Positions 13,545 through 24,522 of a stretch of 64,000 bases of DNA are shown in pieces; position 1 is the stretch's first letter, and every line of letters starts with the position of its first letter. The notes under the pieces were generated by a model. That model was not told the origin of the DNA, made no database searches, and saw only the letters and a list, made by a program, of their open reading frames with translations. The DNA lies in the NCBI RefSeq assembly GCF_016432865.1, contig NC_067399.1:114328001-114392000 (forward strand), written 5' to 3'. This stretch comes from Antechinus flavipes. Lineage: Eukaryota. The translations under genes were made by a program, and so were the position numbers.

Positions 13545-14355
13545 AAATTTTACAAATATACACACATCTGTTTAATAATAGCCTTTTCTAGGGCAAGATA
13601 AGAGTGGAAGGGAGGGAAAAAAGTGTAAAGCAGAACAAAAAATTCAGAAGGAAACAGAAAAACAGGAGAGCTTTTAAAACAACGCATAGTATTTATTACA
13701 TAATTTATTTTTTATTTTTAAGTAAACAGTCTGAAATGGAATCATGGTTTCATATTAAATCCTCTGTGTTGTGCTATTTAAATGAAAATTTTATCTTTTG
13801 TATTTAAGTTCAAAACGAATAAAAAATTTAAAATAAAAGATAGTCCCTATTTCTTTCAATTTTCACATTTAAGAAAAACTCCTTTACAAATTACTACTCT
13901 TTTCAAGATCCACTTAAGGTTAACATTTTTTTGGAAAATGAACTGAAGGAAATCAAGACCATATATGTAAATTTGAAAAAACAGATATGTCTTAATAAAC
14001 AGTGTGATATACAGTAAAGTCTTAGGAGTCTGATTTGGATTTTAGACCTTGCCTATGTCACTAATTTCTTGTGTGAATAACCAACCAAATATTCTAAGGT
14101 TCAATTCCCTTATATATAAAATGAGGGGGTTGGAGTAGATCAGTGTGTCAAACTCAAACTAGAAATGGGAGCCAGTTTTAAAAATAATTGCTTCTGAAGT
14201 AGAAAATTCTGAAATACTTTTTTACAAAAAACAAAACAAAACAAAAACAAAAAAACCTACTGAATTATGATTTAGAATCTTATTTTTACTTAATGCTATG
14301 AAGGATATATCTATCATTTAGCAAAAAATCAGCTCACTGAAGTTTTCTTTTAAAG

Positions 14356-14536
14356 CAGGAGTTTTTAACTTGGGTTGTAGGAACTTGTTTTGTTCCTTCT
14401 TTAAATATTGATATCTAGATTTCAATATAATTCATCTGTACTGTAAGCCTATGCATTTTAAAACATTATTCTGAGTAAAGGTCTTCAACAGACTAAAAAT
14501 GACCATAACACACAAAAAAAGTTGGAAAAACTCCTG
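14356..14536. mobile_element. hAT/Charlie-type MITE
   Basis: Perfect inverted repeat AAAGCAGGAGTTTTT (14352-14366) / AAAAACTCCTGCTTT (14526-14540); CAG...CTG termini; related copy at ~53325-53570. Confidence 0.6.
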
Positions 14537-16294
14537 CTTTATATTAACAATTTTTAAAAGGATAAAAAGCCTTCACAGTTTAATGCAATATTATTCAGTG
14601 GGTAACACCTGTGACTCTAGTAACCCCATTTGGCGATTTCTTGGCAAAGATAACTGGCATGATTTATTGTAGCTTATTTTACATTTGAGGAAATAGAGGC
14701 AAGGTGACTTCTCCACGACACACAGATTTTAAATGAGCCTTCCAGAACCTGATCCTCCATCCACTATACCTCACCTGACCCTCTTTGAGCTACTGCCTGA
14801 CATAAAAAGGATTCCTATAAGGAGAATTTTGCAAGTCTAATGGTCAGGCTAAACAAGTCTTTTAAAATCTTCATGTTGTAGTCATAAATAAAACACTAGA
14901 TTAGATCAAGAACAAACTTTTCCCCAAAGTGGAACCCTGGATAATTGAATTTGTGATCTGGCAACCTATCTCCAAATGGAGAACAGGTAATCAGACAACT
15001 AAATCATAGTGGCATTTCTTTTACTTATGTTCTACTCAGAATCCTACCACTTAGCACAATTTTTAAAATAACACATATATACTTTTGTGCAATCTACTTT
15101 TTTCTTCCTAAATCTTTTTTTTTTTTTTTAACTTCCTTTCACTTTGTAGTAAAATACTGTTGGGTTATTTGCAAGAATATATGTTGAATTAGCAGGTGGA
15201 AAAAATAATAGGATAAATTAGAGAGTATTGATTTTTCTTCTTATTAGGGTAAGCAGGAAAAAAATCCATTAGTCCACCAATCTCCAGTGATGCAATTTCT
15301 CCATGTTTTGCAAGGACTGAATGGAAAGAATTATAGTTCTCAATAGATTGCAAATGAGGGGATAAATTATGATACCCTGTTATCGTCCTGTATTTGGTGT
15401 AAAACCCCACATCATGTATCACATCACCCTCCCACTTGAGTGTTTCAGTGGGATTTTCTCAATGTCTCTGCTAAAGTTTCGAAAATATCTTAAACTATTC
15501 AAATTACCTAGGAATGTTGTAGCAGATAGATCATACATTGTAATGAGCACAACTAAATGTGATTTGGAGGTTAAGAAGAGAAGGCTTATTTTGCGTGATT
15601 GCAATAATGCTTATATATACCCAGGTAATTAATTTTGCTGAATGAACGGGATACTCGAAAGAAAATATAAGCGTTGAGAGGGCAGGAGCATTTGAAGATC
15701 GCTCCATGATAAGAATCCAATCTGATTTCTCTCACCTTTTCGTTGAGTCATTTACTCTCCTCATTAAGGTTACAACCTAAACAGTCTATACGATAGTCCC
15801 TGTCTCGATTATTCTCCTAGACCCACGGGACAGTCAGCTCCTTCCAGCCCTTCTCCCTATTCCCCTCTTTCCATTTAGAAGCAGACACAATAATCGACTT
15901 CACCTTTGACCCCAGGGCTTCCTAAATCTGTCCCGCATCTTTAGGAGTAGTAGCAGAGTAGCCAAGTCCATAGGGGAAGAAGTGAAAATAGGAGCGGGTA
16001 TGGGGGTCAGAGCTCAGAAGGAAGAAAGGCAGGAGGAGGGAATTCAAATTAGAATGGGATTTTCTCAGGTTCCTCAGAGAGCGATAAGCCAGATTCTGGA
16101 CCCTTTTCATTCAGTGTTACCCTAGGACAGGGGCGGCCGAGAAGAGGCCCTCCACCGAGGAGCCGCTTTAGCCGTTACTTCTAACCGTCCGAACAGTTCA
16201 CCGGTCTCGGGCTCTTCCGGGACGGGGAGGAAAGAAGGAGGACTTTTTCTCCACTTACCTCCGCACCAAGAAAAGGGCAATTTGACCCGCAACT

Positions 16295-16304
16295 AAAATG
16301 GCGG
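16295..16304 (+). promoter_or_regulatory. YY1-type motif AAAATGGCGG
   Basis: Match to the AANATGGCGG YY1 consensus within the CpG island. Confidence 0.55.
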
Positions 16305-16403
16305 GGAGAGCTCCAAACTCGACAAGAGCGTCTGTGACACTCGTTCTCTTCCACGGGTTCCTCCCCATTTCACCCACCCAGCCCCGACCCAGCCACCTTG
16401 CGC

Positions 16404-16416
16404 CCGGAAATGACGT
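16404..16416 (+). promoter_or_regulatory. Composite ETS-CRE motif CCGGAAATGACGT
   Basis: One mismatch to the overlapping ETS/CRE element CCGGAAGTGACGT typical of housekeeping promoters. Confidence 0.55.
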
Positions 16417-16483
16417 GGCCCCAGCGGCGGTTCCTCCGCTGCATGATGGGAGAATGTGTGGAGTGGGAGGGGGGAATCTCCGC

Positions 16484-16495
16484 GGAGGAGGAGGA

Positions 16496-16528
<33 letters not shown>
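16484..16528 (+). repeat. (GGA)4(GGC)11 trinucleotide repeat in the 5' leader
   Basis: Counted directly; encodes 15 Gly in the 16298..16849 frame. Confidence 0.95.
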
Positions 16529-16551
16529 AGCGGCAAGCGGAGGGTAGCGGG

Positions 16552-16611
16552 ATGGGGGCACCACGGCGGCGCTGAAAGTCCAGGTCGGTGTAGATGGCGC
16601 CGCTCCGCTGA
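16552..16611 (+). other. Two short uORFs: MGAPRRR* (16552-16575) and MAPLR* (16594-16611)
   Basis: Read directly; contexts gggATGg and tagATGg. Relevant only if these positions are transcribed. Confidence 0.45.
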
Positions 16612-19600
16612 GAGGGCGGCGGGAAGGTTACCCTCCCTAGTCGCCCACTCCGCTCCGCCCCGGAGGAGCCAGTTCCTCCCCCGGCCCCGAGCCATGCCCA
16701 TCGCGGCCGCCCTGGAGGAGCCAGGTAAGAAGCGGCCGCCGCGCCGGGTCTCCTCCCCTCCGAGGTCGGGGCTGCCGCGGCGCTGGAAACTCCCGCCGCG
16801 CGGTCTCCGCGGCCGACCCGCGGGTGGTAGGGGCATGGGCCGAGAGTGACGAGTGGCGGGCGGTGGCGGCTGCGGCGAGGGGCTCCTGCCCGGGGGGTGC
16901 GGGGAAGGAAGTGGCTCTGCGGCCCTGCGGGCGAGCCCGTCCTCGGGGGCCGGGGCTGGGGCCGCTTCCTTCCCCGCACCGTGCTGCGGAAGCTCCGGCC
17001 GCCGCCCTGACACTCCTTGCGCCCCTATTCTCCAGCCCCGGGCCGGGGCGATCTCTCCCCCTCCCCGACTGGGCCCCATTCCCACCTGGACCCAGCCCTC
17101 GCCCTTCTCCTGCTCCCAACTCCTCTATACCTGCCCTGATTTCCTCCTCTTCCGCTCCCTCGGAAAAAAGGCAAACGCACACACACCAGACACAGACACA
17201 GATATGCACAGTTGTGAAGTTGGGAGCTTTGCTTTCTCTTCCCCACCCTTCGCCCCTTCCTCGTGACAGGTGTAAACACTGCCCCCTTCCCCGAGGCCGC
17301 CGCCCGTGAACCCGCCGAGCCACCTGCCCCTCTCCGCGTGCCCTCCTCCCCCTGTCACCCTACTCAAATCATTTGTGCCTCGGATTACGATTAATTTAGT
17401 GAGGTCCGAGCGGACCTCACCGGTTTGAGAGGTAGGATGGCCTCGCCTCAAGAGGGGATTGGTTTAAATGCCTAGGAGGGTGGTCCTAAATTCTGCTGGG
17501 GTTTTACCCCTCTGTGGGACTGGAGAGAAGATCTGGCCTGTTTCTGTGTCCGGATAAGCCTCCAATTTGGGTTGGAAAAAAAAGGAATTTAATTTATCTT
17601 TTTTCACTGAGTAGTTTGCAAGCGGAAGCAGCGTTGAAGTTGCTTTCGTGCTTTTTTGTTTGTGTTTAAATTTCTTCCTCCTAGAGGGAAGTTAAGTCGA
17701 ATTAAGCTTTTGAACTGTACCTAAAGTTAAGCTTTCCCTTCCTGCCAGCGAACTTCCCCAACTTTTGATTCCTTTTTTTTTTTTTTAAAAGAATAGGGTT
17801 TACCTTTGAAAATGAAACTTGTTTGTAATTTTGAAGTTGCCTTTTTAGCCATTAATAGAAACTAATGTCACAACACTGAAATGCTAACTTGGCTAGTAGG
17901 ATGGATCAAAAGTTTTCGTACTTTACTAACTTAAAATGATGTCTTTTGTTGTAGAGATCATAGTTGGAAGAAACTTTAGAAGCAGTTTAGTACAATCCCC
18001 TCATTTTACGTATGAGGACATGAGATCAGAGGTGATTTATCCAAGGTCACATAAGCAGTACGTGATAGCTCACATTTGAACCCAGGTCCTTCTGACTCTA
18101 AAGCCTTTGTTTTTGCCAGTATAATAAATTATTTTAACTTTTACTGAAATATTCTTGACATTAACTCATCATTATTAACTATAGTAAATAAAACATCAGT
18201 TTCCTGAACATTGTCTTAACATTTTATCCACAGAAGCATTAGATGGTGTAATCATTACAAAATTGTATTTTAAATTTGTAGAAGAAAAGCATGTATAATA
18301 AATCGTATGTGTTCCTCTGTAGAGGACATAGGTAAAATTTATAAAATGTTATGTTGTGAAAACTATTGAAGGTCAGACTTTTTGGTAGAATTCAGGAAAG
18401 ATTAGTTTTGAAAATGTATCTTTGTTTTTTCTTTCTACTCTTTTAATCATGAGTACAGTGGACATTTATTTAGTATTTACAGTAGATATTTAGTATTGCA
18501 TAGTTCAATTTCTTGATATGTACAGTTATTTAAGTGTTATAAAGCAGTGACTTTATTAATTTAGATGTTGCAGGGACAGAAGTTATCAGTAATCACATTG
18601 TCTTTTACAAAATCAGATGAATCTTATTTGTTAAACAGTTTGGAACTTCATTCTCTGAAATTTATGTAGGAATGTAAGAATTATTGTAAGCCAGGTTTGT
18701 AGTCCTACAAAGTTTCTTTTTTTAATTGAGTTCATTTAGTTAAAAGCTAATTAACTAATTCAAGAAAAAAACATTGCTGTGTATCAGTATGGAATGTATA
18801 CTTTGTATAACTACTAAAGCCTACCCCAAGGAAACTAATCGGCAGTTATCACCATATGAAGTGTTCTGCTTTTCCTCAAGAATTTTTAAAAATGCCTAAC
18901 GATAGAAAGTACTAAATGTTAAGATCTTTTAAAAATCTATTATAAAATTTTTCAATTGAAAACTTTATTACCCAACTGCATTTACTATTAGTAAATTATT
19001 AATCTGTTATTTTGTATTTTATATTTTTCCTATTAGACAATGCAAAACGTTATTTTCCCCAGTGTATGAGTTTCCAGGCAGAAATTTTTGTATTCACTCT
19101 ATTGAATGAAGAATTTATTAGTATTCTATGTGTACTCCAAAATGTCATGCATTCCGTGTGTTTGATTTGTATCTAGTTAGTTATAAAATGATTTTAATGT
19201 CTCCTATTTCCCCCCTCTTCCCCATCCCATGCTTGGCATGTATATCTGAGACTTTACAGTTGTTATGTAATTAGAATTTCTAGTCACACTTTGTATAAAG
19301 AAAAAAAGCAGTTACCAAAAATTCTTAAATGCCTTAAAGAATTAGTTGGTTTGAAAGTTTGAGATAGGTATCTGATAATTCACATTAAAACATAAATGAT
19401 TATCTTTCAAGACTTCTCTTTTACATTACAAAAGGGGTAGAGCTTAGAATTTCTTTTCCCTTTCCTTCCTAATAAAACTTGAATCTTTGGGGGTTTTTAC
19501 TTTCCCCCATCCACAAAATATCCTCTCCATCCTTCTAATCACTGGTTGATATGATTGTAAGAGGAAGGACGACCTCATTTTAGGACCAGATAGTAAGAAG

Positions 19601-20272
19601 TAAAAGAGACTTAGTTTATATCGCCCAGCCAGTCATTTTACAGGTGAGGAGTCTTGAGGCCTAATTCTTTCCCTTCCCATTCCTACTATTCCTATCAGAA
19701 CCCTCACCTCGACCTTTCTCCCCAGGCCTCTGTTGCAGCTCTTTCTTTACAAGCCCCTTCTCCCCAAGTGCATCTCAGGTGCTTCTCTTCTAGCCTCCAG
19801 ATTCTCTTTATTTTTACCAACTGTAGGCTAAAACCAACTTTCACTGCTTTTGTCCCAGTTCTAAATAAGTAATTTACAGAGAGACAATTAGGTCGTAAAT
19901 TAGTAGAGTTTGTTTTTCTTTTAGTGTTTTTAATATACATTGGAGAGGTAGAATGATAGAGTACATAGAGTATTATGAAGACCTGGATAACCTGCCTCTG
20001 ACACATGCTGCTTGTGTGATCCTATGCAAATTAACCAGTGCCCTAGGATGGCATTCACTCTCCTTGGTAGAGTTTTCATCACCTTCCCAAGTTTCCTGTA
20101 TCAATGAAATCACAGCTCCAGCCCCTATCTCCACTTCTCTGCTTTGAAAATGCAGTAGCTATCAGCAGGAGAAATATCCCCTAGACATTATAGTAACATA
20201 AATGATTTATGACTTTAAATCCTTATGACTTTGTCATAAGCAATTTTCAGTAAAATATAAATTTTCAGTAGA

Positions 20273-20435
20273 ATTTTTTTCCCCTGAAGCAACTGGGGTT
20301 AAGTGACTTGCCTAGGGTCACACAGCTAGGAAGTGTTAGGTGTCTGAGATTAGATTTAAACTCAGGTCCTTCTGACTTCGGGGTTGGTGCTCTATCCACT
20401 AGAGCCACCTAGCTTGGGCACTACCCGGCTGCCCC
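20273..20435 (-). mobile_element. WSINE1-like SINE with 13-bp TSD
   Basis: TSD GTAGAATTTTTTT at 20268-20280 and 20438-20450. Confidence 0.85.
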
Positions 20436-22499
20436 AGGTAGAATTTTTTTAATGTATACTTTAAAACAGTAAAGATTGTAAAGTTTTTATCATTATAAAA
20501 ATGGCAACTCTAGATTGAAACTTCATAATAGTCAAAACAGCCCTATTTTACTTTTAGCTTTTGAGTTCTTTGAAATGAGTGTTTCAGAAAGGTATGTTTC
20601 TAGTTTAGAGCAATGATTTGTTTCTATTTGTTTATAATAAAACTCAAAGTTTCGTTATATAATCATAGAAATTTTTAAAAAATTTTTTGAGGTGGGTATG
20701 CTGTGGACAAAGAATACAACACTTTATTATTTTAGAAACTAAGTAGACTCTTAAGAGTTTATGTATTATTTAAACAAATATATGTTGTAGTGTGCACAGC
20801 TCAAATAGTTGGTCATTTGGCATTTCACTTCTTCCTTTAATATAGCTCTCTTTTCCTAAACTAGTAAGCTCTTTGATAATGAAAGGGTAATAAGAGCTCT
20901 TCTGCCTTTTGCTAAAGTGTTTGTCCGATCAGCTAGTGAGTATAACATTTAAACAGAGAAATCCACTGTGGAGCAACCTTACCTTGATTTTTTCTCTTTA
21001 TCAAATACAGCTGAAAGTTGATATGGCATATCATATGCCATATAACATAAAGGATGAATTTATCCCTAATTTAAAAAAATGGGAATCTTATTTTTACTAG
21101 GAATAGATAATCTAATGTAACCCTGATGTTAATAAAATGTTTCATCATTCTTTTAAATTATTTTTAAAGGCATTTGTGAGAAACATTCAGGCTACTTAGA
21201 AAAAAACATTTATAAAAGTCAAGCTGAGAGATAAGTTAGGCCAAATGAGTTAAATACTTATTCTTTTATGTGTGTGTAGATCATCTTACACAATGCATAT
21301 TTAATTCTTAGGAAACAAGTTCCTTCCCCAGAGCTGAGTACATAATAAAGACTTTGCAACTACTGTAGCATGATGAAATTTAGTTAAGATAACTATATGA
21401 CTTTTATTTCTAAAAATCAAGTCTTTTAATCTCAGGCAGTGTTATAAATTGCAAAGATTTACTGAAGAACCAGGAAGTATGTTTAATATTGTTTTGTATC
21501 TGGAGGAATAAAATGCCAGATAAAAAATCTGTGATACCTTTATAAAACTGGAAGTTGGTGAGGGTTGTGTTTTTAAGCTAAAGGAATGTTGGTTATAAAG
21601 GTGACATTTTTATTAATATGGCGCTGTTAATATTGTTTATATAATATTGGAGGTCATTCCTTAGTTGAATATTTGAAAGGTGTTCGGTAGTTAACCTTTT
21701 CAAAGAATGGCTTACAATAGTGAAAATCTTTTCTGATCTAGAGGCACAGTGAATAGAAAACTGGGCTTATAGTCAGAAAAACCTGAGTTCAGAATAGCCC
21801 TATTTACTAATTTTTTGACTCTAGTCAATTCATTTAGCTTCTATTTGCCTTGCCTTAGTATTTTAGATATGAGTAGCATCTCTTTTGCAGAAGTGTCAAA
21901 GTGCCTAGCAAAAAGTAGTTGCTATATAAATGCTTGTTCTCTTGCCTAATTGTTTTTTGTCTTTGAATCCTCTTTACATGGTACAGTGGTTGTTTTATAA
22001 GTGCTTGTTAGTTGATAAGACTTAATTAAACCTTAAAGAGGTTTTTATGTTATGAAACAAAATGTTTCTGTTTTTTCCCACAACTATGTTAAATGTTTTT
22101 GGTCAGTGCTTATATCTAATAGATCATCTTATTTACTTTGGCTTTTAAAAATCTTTTTCCTTCTTAACTATTTATTGTCTGCAAACAGTTGTTGGTCTCA
22201 GTACATGCAGACAAGATATTCTTGTTGCAGTAATATACTCAGAATGGGGGAGAGGGCATTTTTCCTCCCTCCCAATTTGACTTTGGAGGCAGACTTTTGT
22301 TTTTCATAGCTAGTTATAAAATTGGGGGGGGGGATTACTTTAATCATAGAAGCTGAATTAAATTGACTTTTAAAAAACATTGGAATAATAGAATTATTAC
22401 TAACTTTTCTTTAATATTGTAGGTAATGGGAGGGTCTTAAGTAGGTTGTATGAATAGATAGAAGATTCAAAAAATGTTGTGGAAGACAAACAGCACTCA

Positions 22500-23685
22500 G
22501 ACATCTTCCTCCGTTATCCGCTCCACCTTGTCTGCCAAAAAGATGTGCCCTTCTTGCCAAAACTAATGTTTCTGCATGCACCAGTGATCTAATCCCCTAC
22601 TTACTTTTCTCGCAAATGGTCACTAGTCTCATCCCCAATATCTCATATTCAGTCTTTTCTATGTACCCCATCTTTGATACTACTATCTTATAGCTGTCCT
22701 CACCTCCTTGATTAAATTACCTGAGAAAGTCTTCTACAGTTGCTACTTCAACTTATTCTTTGTCTTATAAACTGTCTATAATCTGGCTTTTGGCCCTTAA
22801 TTATTCAAATGAAATTGCCTTCTCCAAATTAACCATGATCTTTCAATTGTTCTATCTAATGACCTTTTTTCACACCTGATCCTCCTTGGACATCTCAAAC
22901 TGATTATTCTATTAAACAAATTAAACTTAAACAAATATATCCAAAACAGAAATTTATCTTCCCCAAGACACATATAAACCTTTCCTCGTCCAAAATGTAT
23001 TGTTATTGAGGCTACCCCCAACTTGGGTATCATCTTCAGCTCTTGCATCTATGGTACATAACCATTCTATTGTCAAATAGTACTTTTTTCCCTCTGCTCT
23101 TTTTCTTATTTCTTCTCTTCACTCATCCAGCTCTAGATAGATTATAAGATATTTATCACTTTTCACTTGGAATGTTGCAGTAGGTCTTTAATTGATCTCC
23201 CTTTATCAGGTCTCCTTACCATAATCTCTCATCTCAGTTGCCAAAGTGATTTTCCTAAATATAGAAAAAAGGAAAACATTTGTTTGACATGTAAATCTTT
23301 CACAAACTGGATCCTTTCTTACATTTTACTTTACTCTGTAACCCACCTATACTGGCATGCTTATTTGCTGTTCCTCACATAGGATGATCCATCCCCTGGC
23401 TCTCCACCTCAGAATTGGCTGCTCCTAGTTCCTGGAGGAATTCCATTTTTTTTCACCTTCAAATCCTCCTTTTTCCCCAAGCTTCCTTTGAGATTCACTT
23501 CAAATCCTGTCTACTACAAGAAGTCTTTCCTTATCCCCACCTTATTTTTCTACCCCATGTATGTGTTTTTTTATGTACTTAGGTATTTGGATATTTTCTG
23601 CCCCGTTAGAATGTGACTCCTTGAGAATTTATATTCCCAGTGCATATCACAGTGAACACTTAATAAATGTTTGTTGACTGACTAG
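22500..23685 (+). mobile_element. LINE-2 3' region
   Basis: Ends with the L2 terminus taataaatgtttgttgactgactag. Confidence 0.65.
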
Positions 23686-23949
23686 TTATGAGCTGACTGT
23701 AATAGTTTGTCATTATTTTTGAAGAATTTGTTAATTATACTAAAGTATTTTCATTAGTCAATTTATAACATCAGTACCCTGTTTTGTGAAAAAAGAATGT
23801 TTGAACTAGTTTAAAAAAAAAAAAAAAAACCTCTTAAGCCGTTGTTTTCATTAGTTTTTTCACTTGGCCTTTTCTTTTTTAGAATGAGTATGCAGTGTAT
23901 TGAGAAGAACATTGATTTGGAAATTAGAATTTACTAAGCCCTTGTTAGG

Positions 23950-24522
23950 GACCCAGGACATATGAGTTAGTTGTTAAAATATGACCAGTACCTCTGGTAT
24001 GAGGACTTCTTCATCCACTTTTGGTATTCACCTGGCTCCAAGAATCTGTAGCATGTAGCACACCCTATTAAAAACTTCTTGGTAGATGGGTTTAACCAGG
24101 TTGACAGTAACAAGCCTCAAATCCATCAGTGAGTTAATAGGATGTCTACCCCAAACATGTAAAGACCACCCAGTGGATGAGAACAATTTGTTCAATGGTC
24201 ATGAAGTTGACTGAAGCAGGTGCTTTGGAGTGCTTAGTCAGACATCAAATATGGCATTGCATTGTCAGTGCTGTAAAATTATCCATGCATATAACTTATA
24301 AATAAAAAGCTATAATTAATTTTTTTTTTTTTTTTTTTTTTTTTAGTATGGCATTGCATTCTGAGCCATGGTCAATCATCTTGACATTTTTCTTGCCAAA
24401 TTGGACTTCTGTGACTGGAAGAGAGAGTGAGACTTTGTGTAATTAAATCTAATTCATTAGCAATTCAAGATCACTCTATAATACCATTGATCCTCTTCTA
24501 AGAGGAAGGACCAAACAACAAA
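23950..24522 (+). mobile_element. RTE-related SINE (WALLSI/RTESINE-like), interrupted by an 83-bp insert
   Basis: ggatgtctaccccaaacatgtaaagac...ggatgagaacaatttgttc and 3' tail gatcctcttctaagaggaaggaccaaacaac resemble marsupial RTE-mobilised elements. Confidence 0.55.

Larger units (their letters stand above)
16430..16724 (+). other. AFTPH: AFTPH exon 1 (5' leader); 5' end not determinable from sequence
   Basis: Strong donor CAG|GTAAGA at 16724/16725 inside the only CpG island upstream of the coding exon; GGC-rich leader. Start coordinate is a guess. Confidence 0.7.
16120..17450. promoter_or_regulatory. AFTPH: CpG island / AFTPH promoter, probably bidirectional
   Basis: Abrupt switch to very high GC and CpG density in an otherwise CpG-depleted, AT-rich window. 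Confidence 0.9.

Noticed and set aside
14-15632. Numerous 60-126 aa ORFs
   Set aside because: They overlap LINE, SINE or microsatellite sequence, many start at non-ATG codons, and none has recognisable homology.
16255-17451. Many long overlapping ORFs (up to 276 aa) on both strands of the CpG island
   Set aside because: Low-complexity Arg/Pro/Gly/Ala translations expected from stop-poor GC-rich DNA; no recognisable domains. Only the + frame that splices into exon 2 was kept as a uORF candidate.
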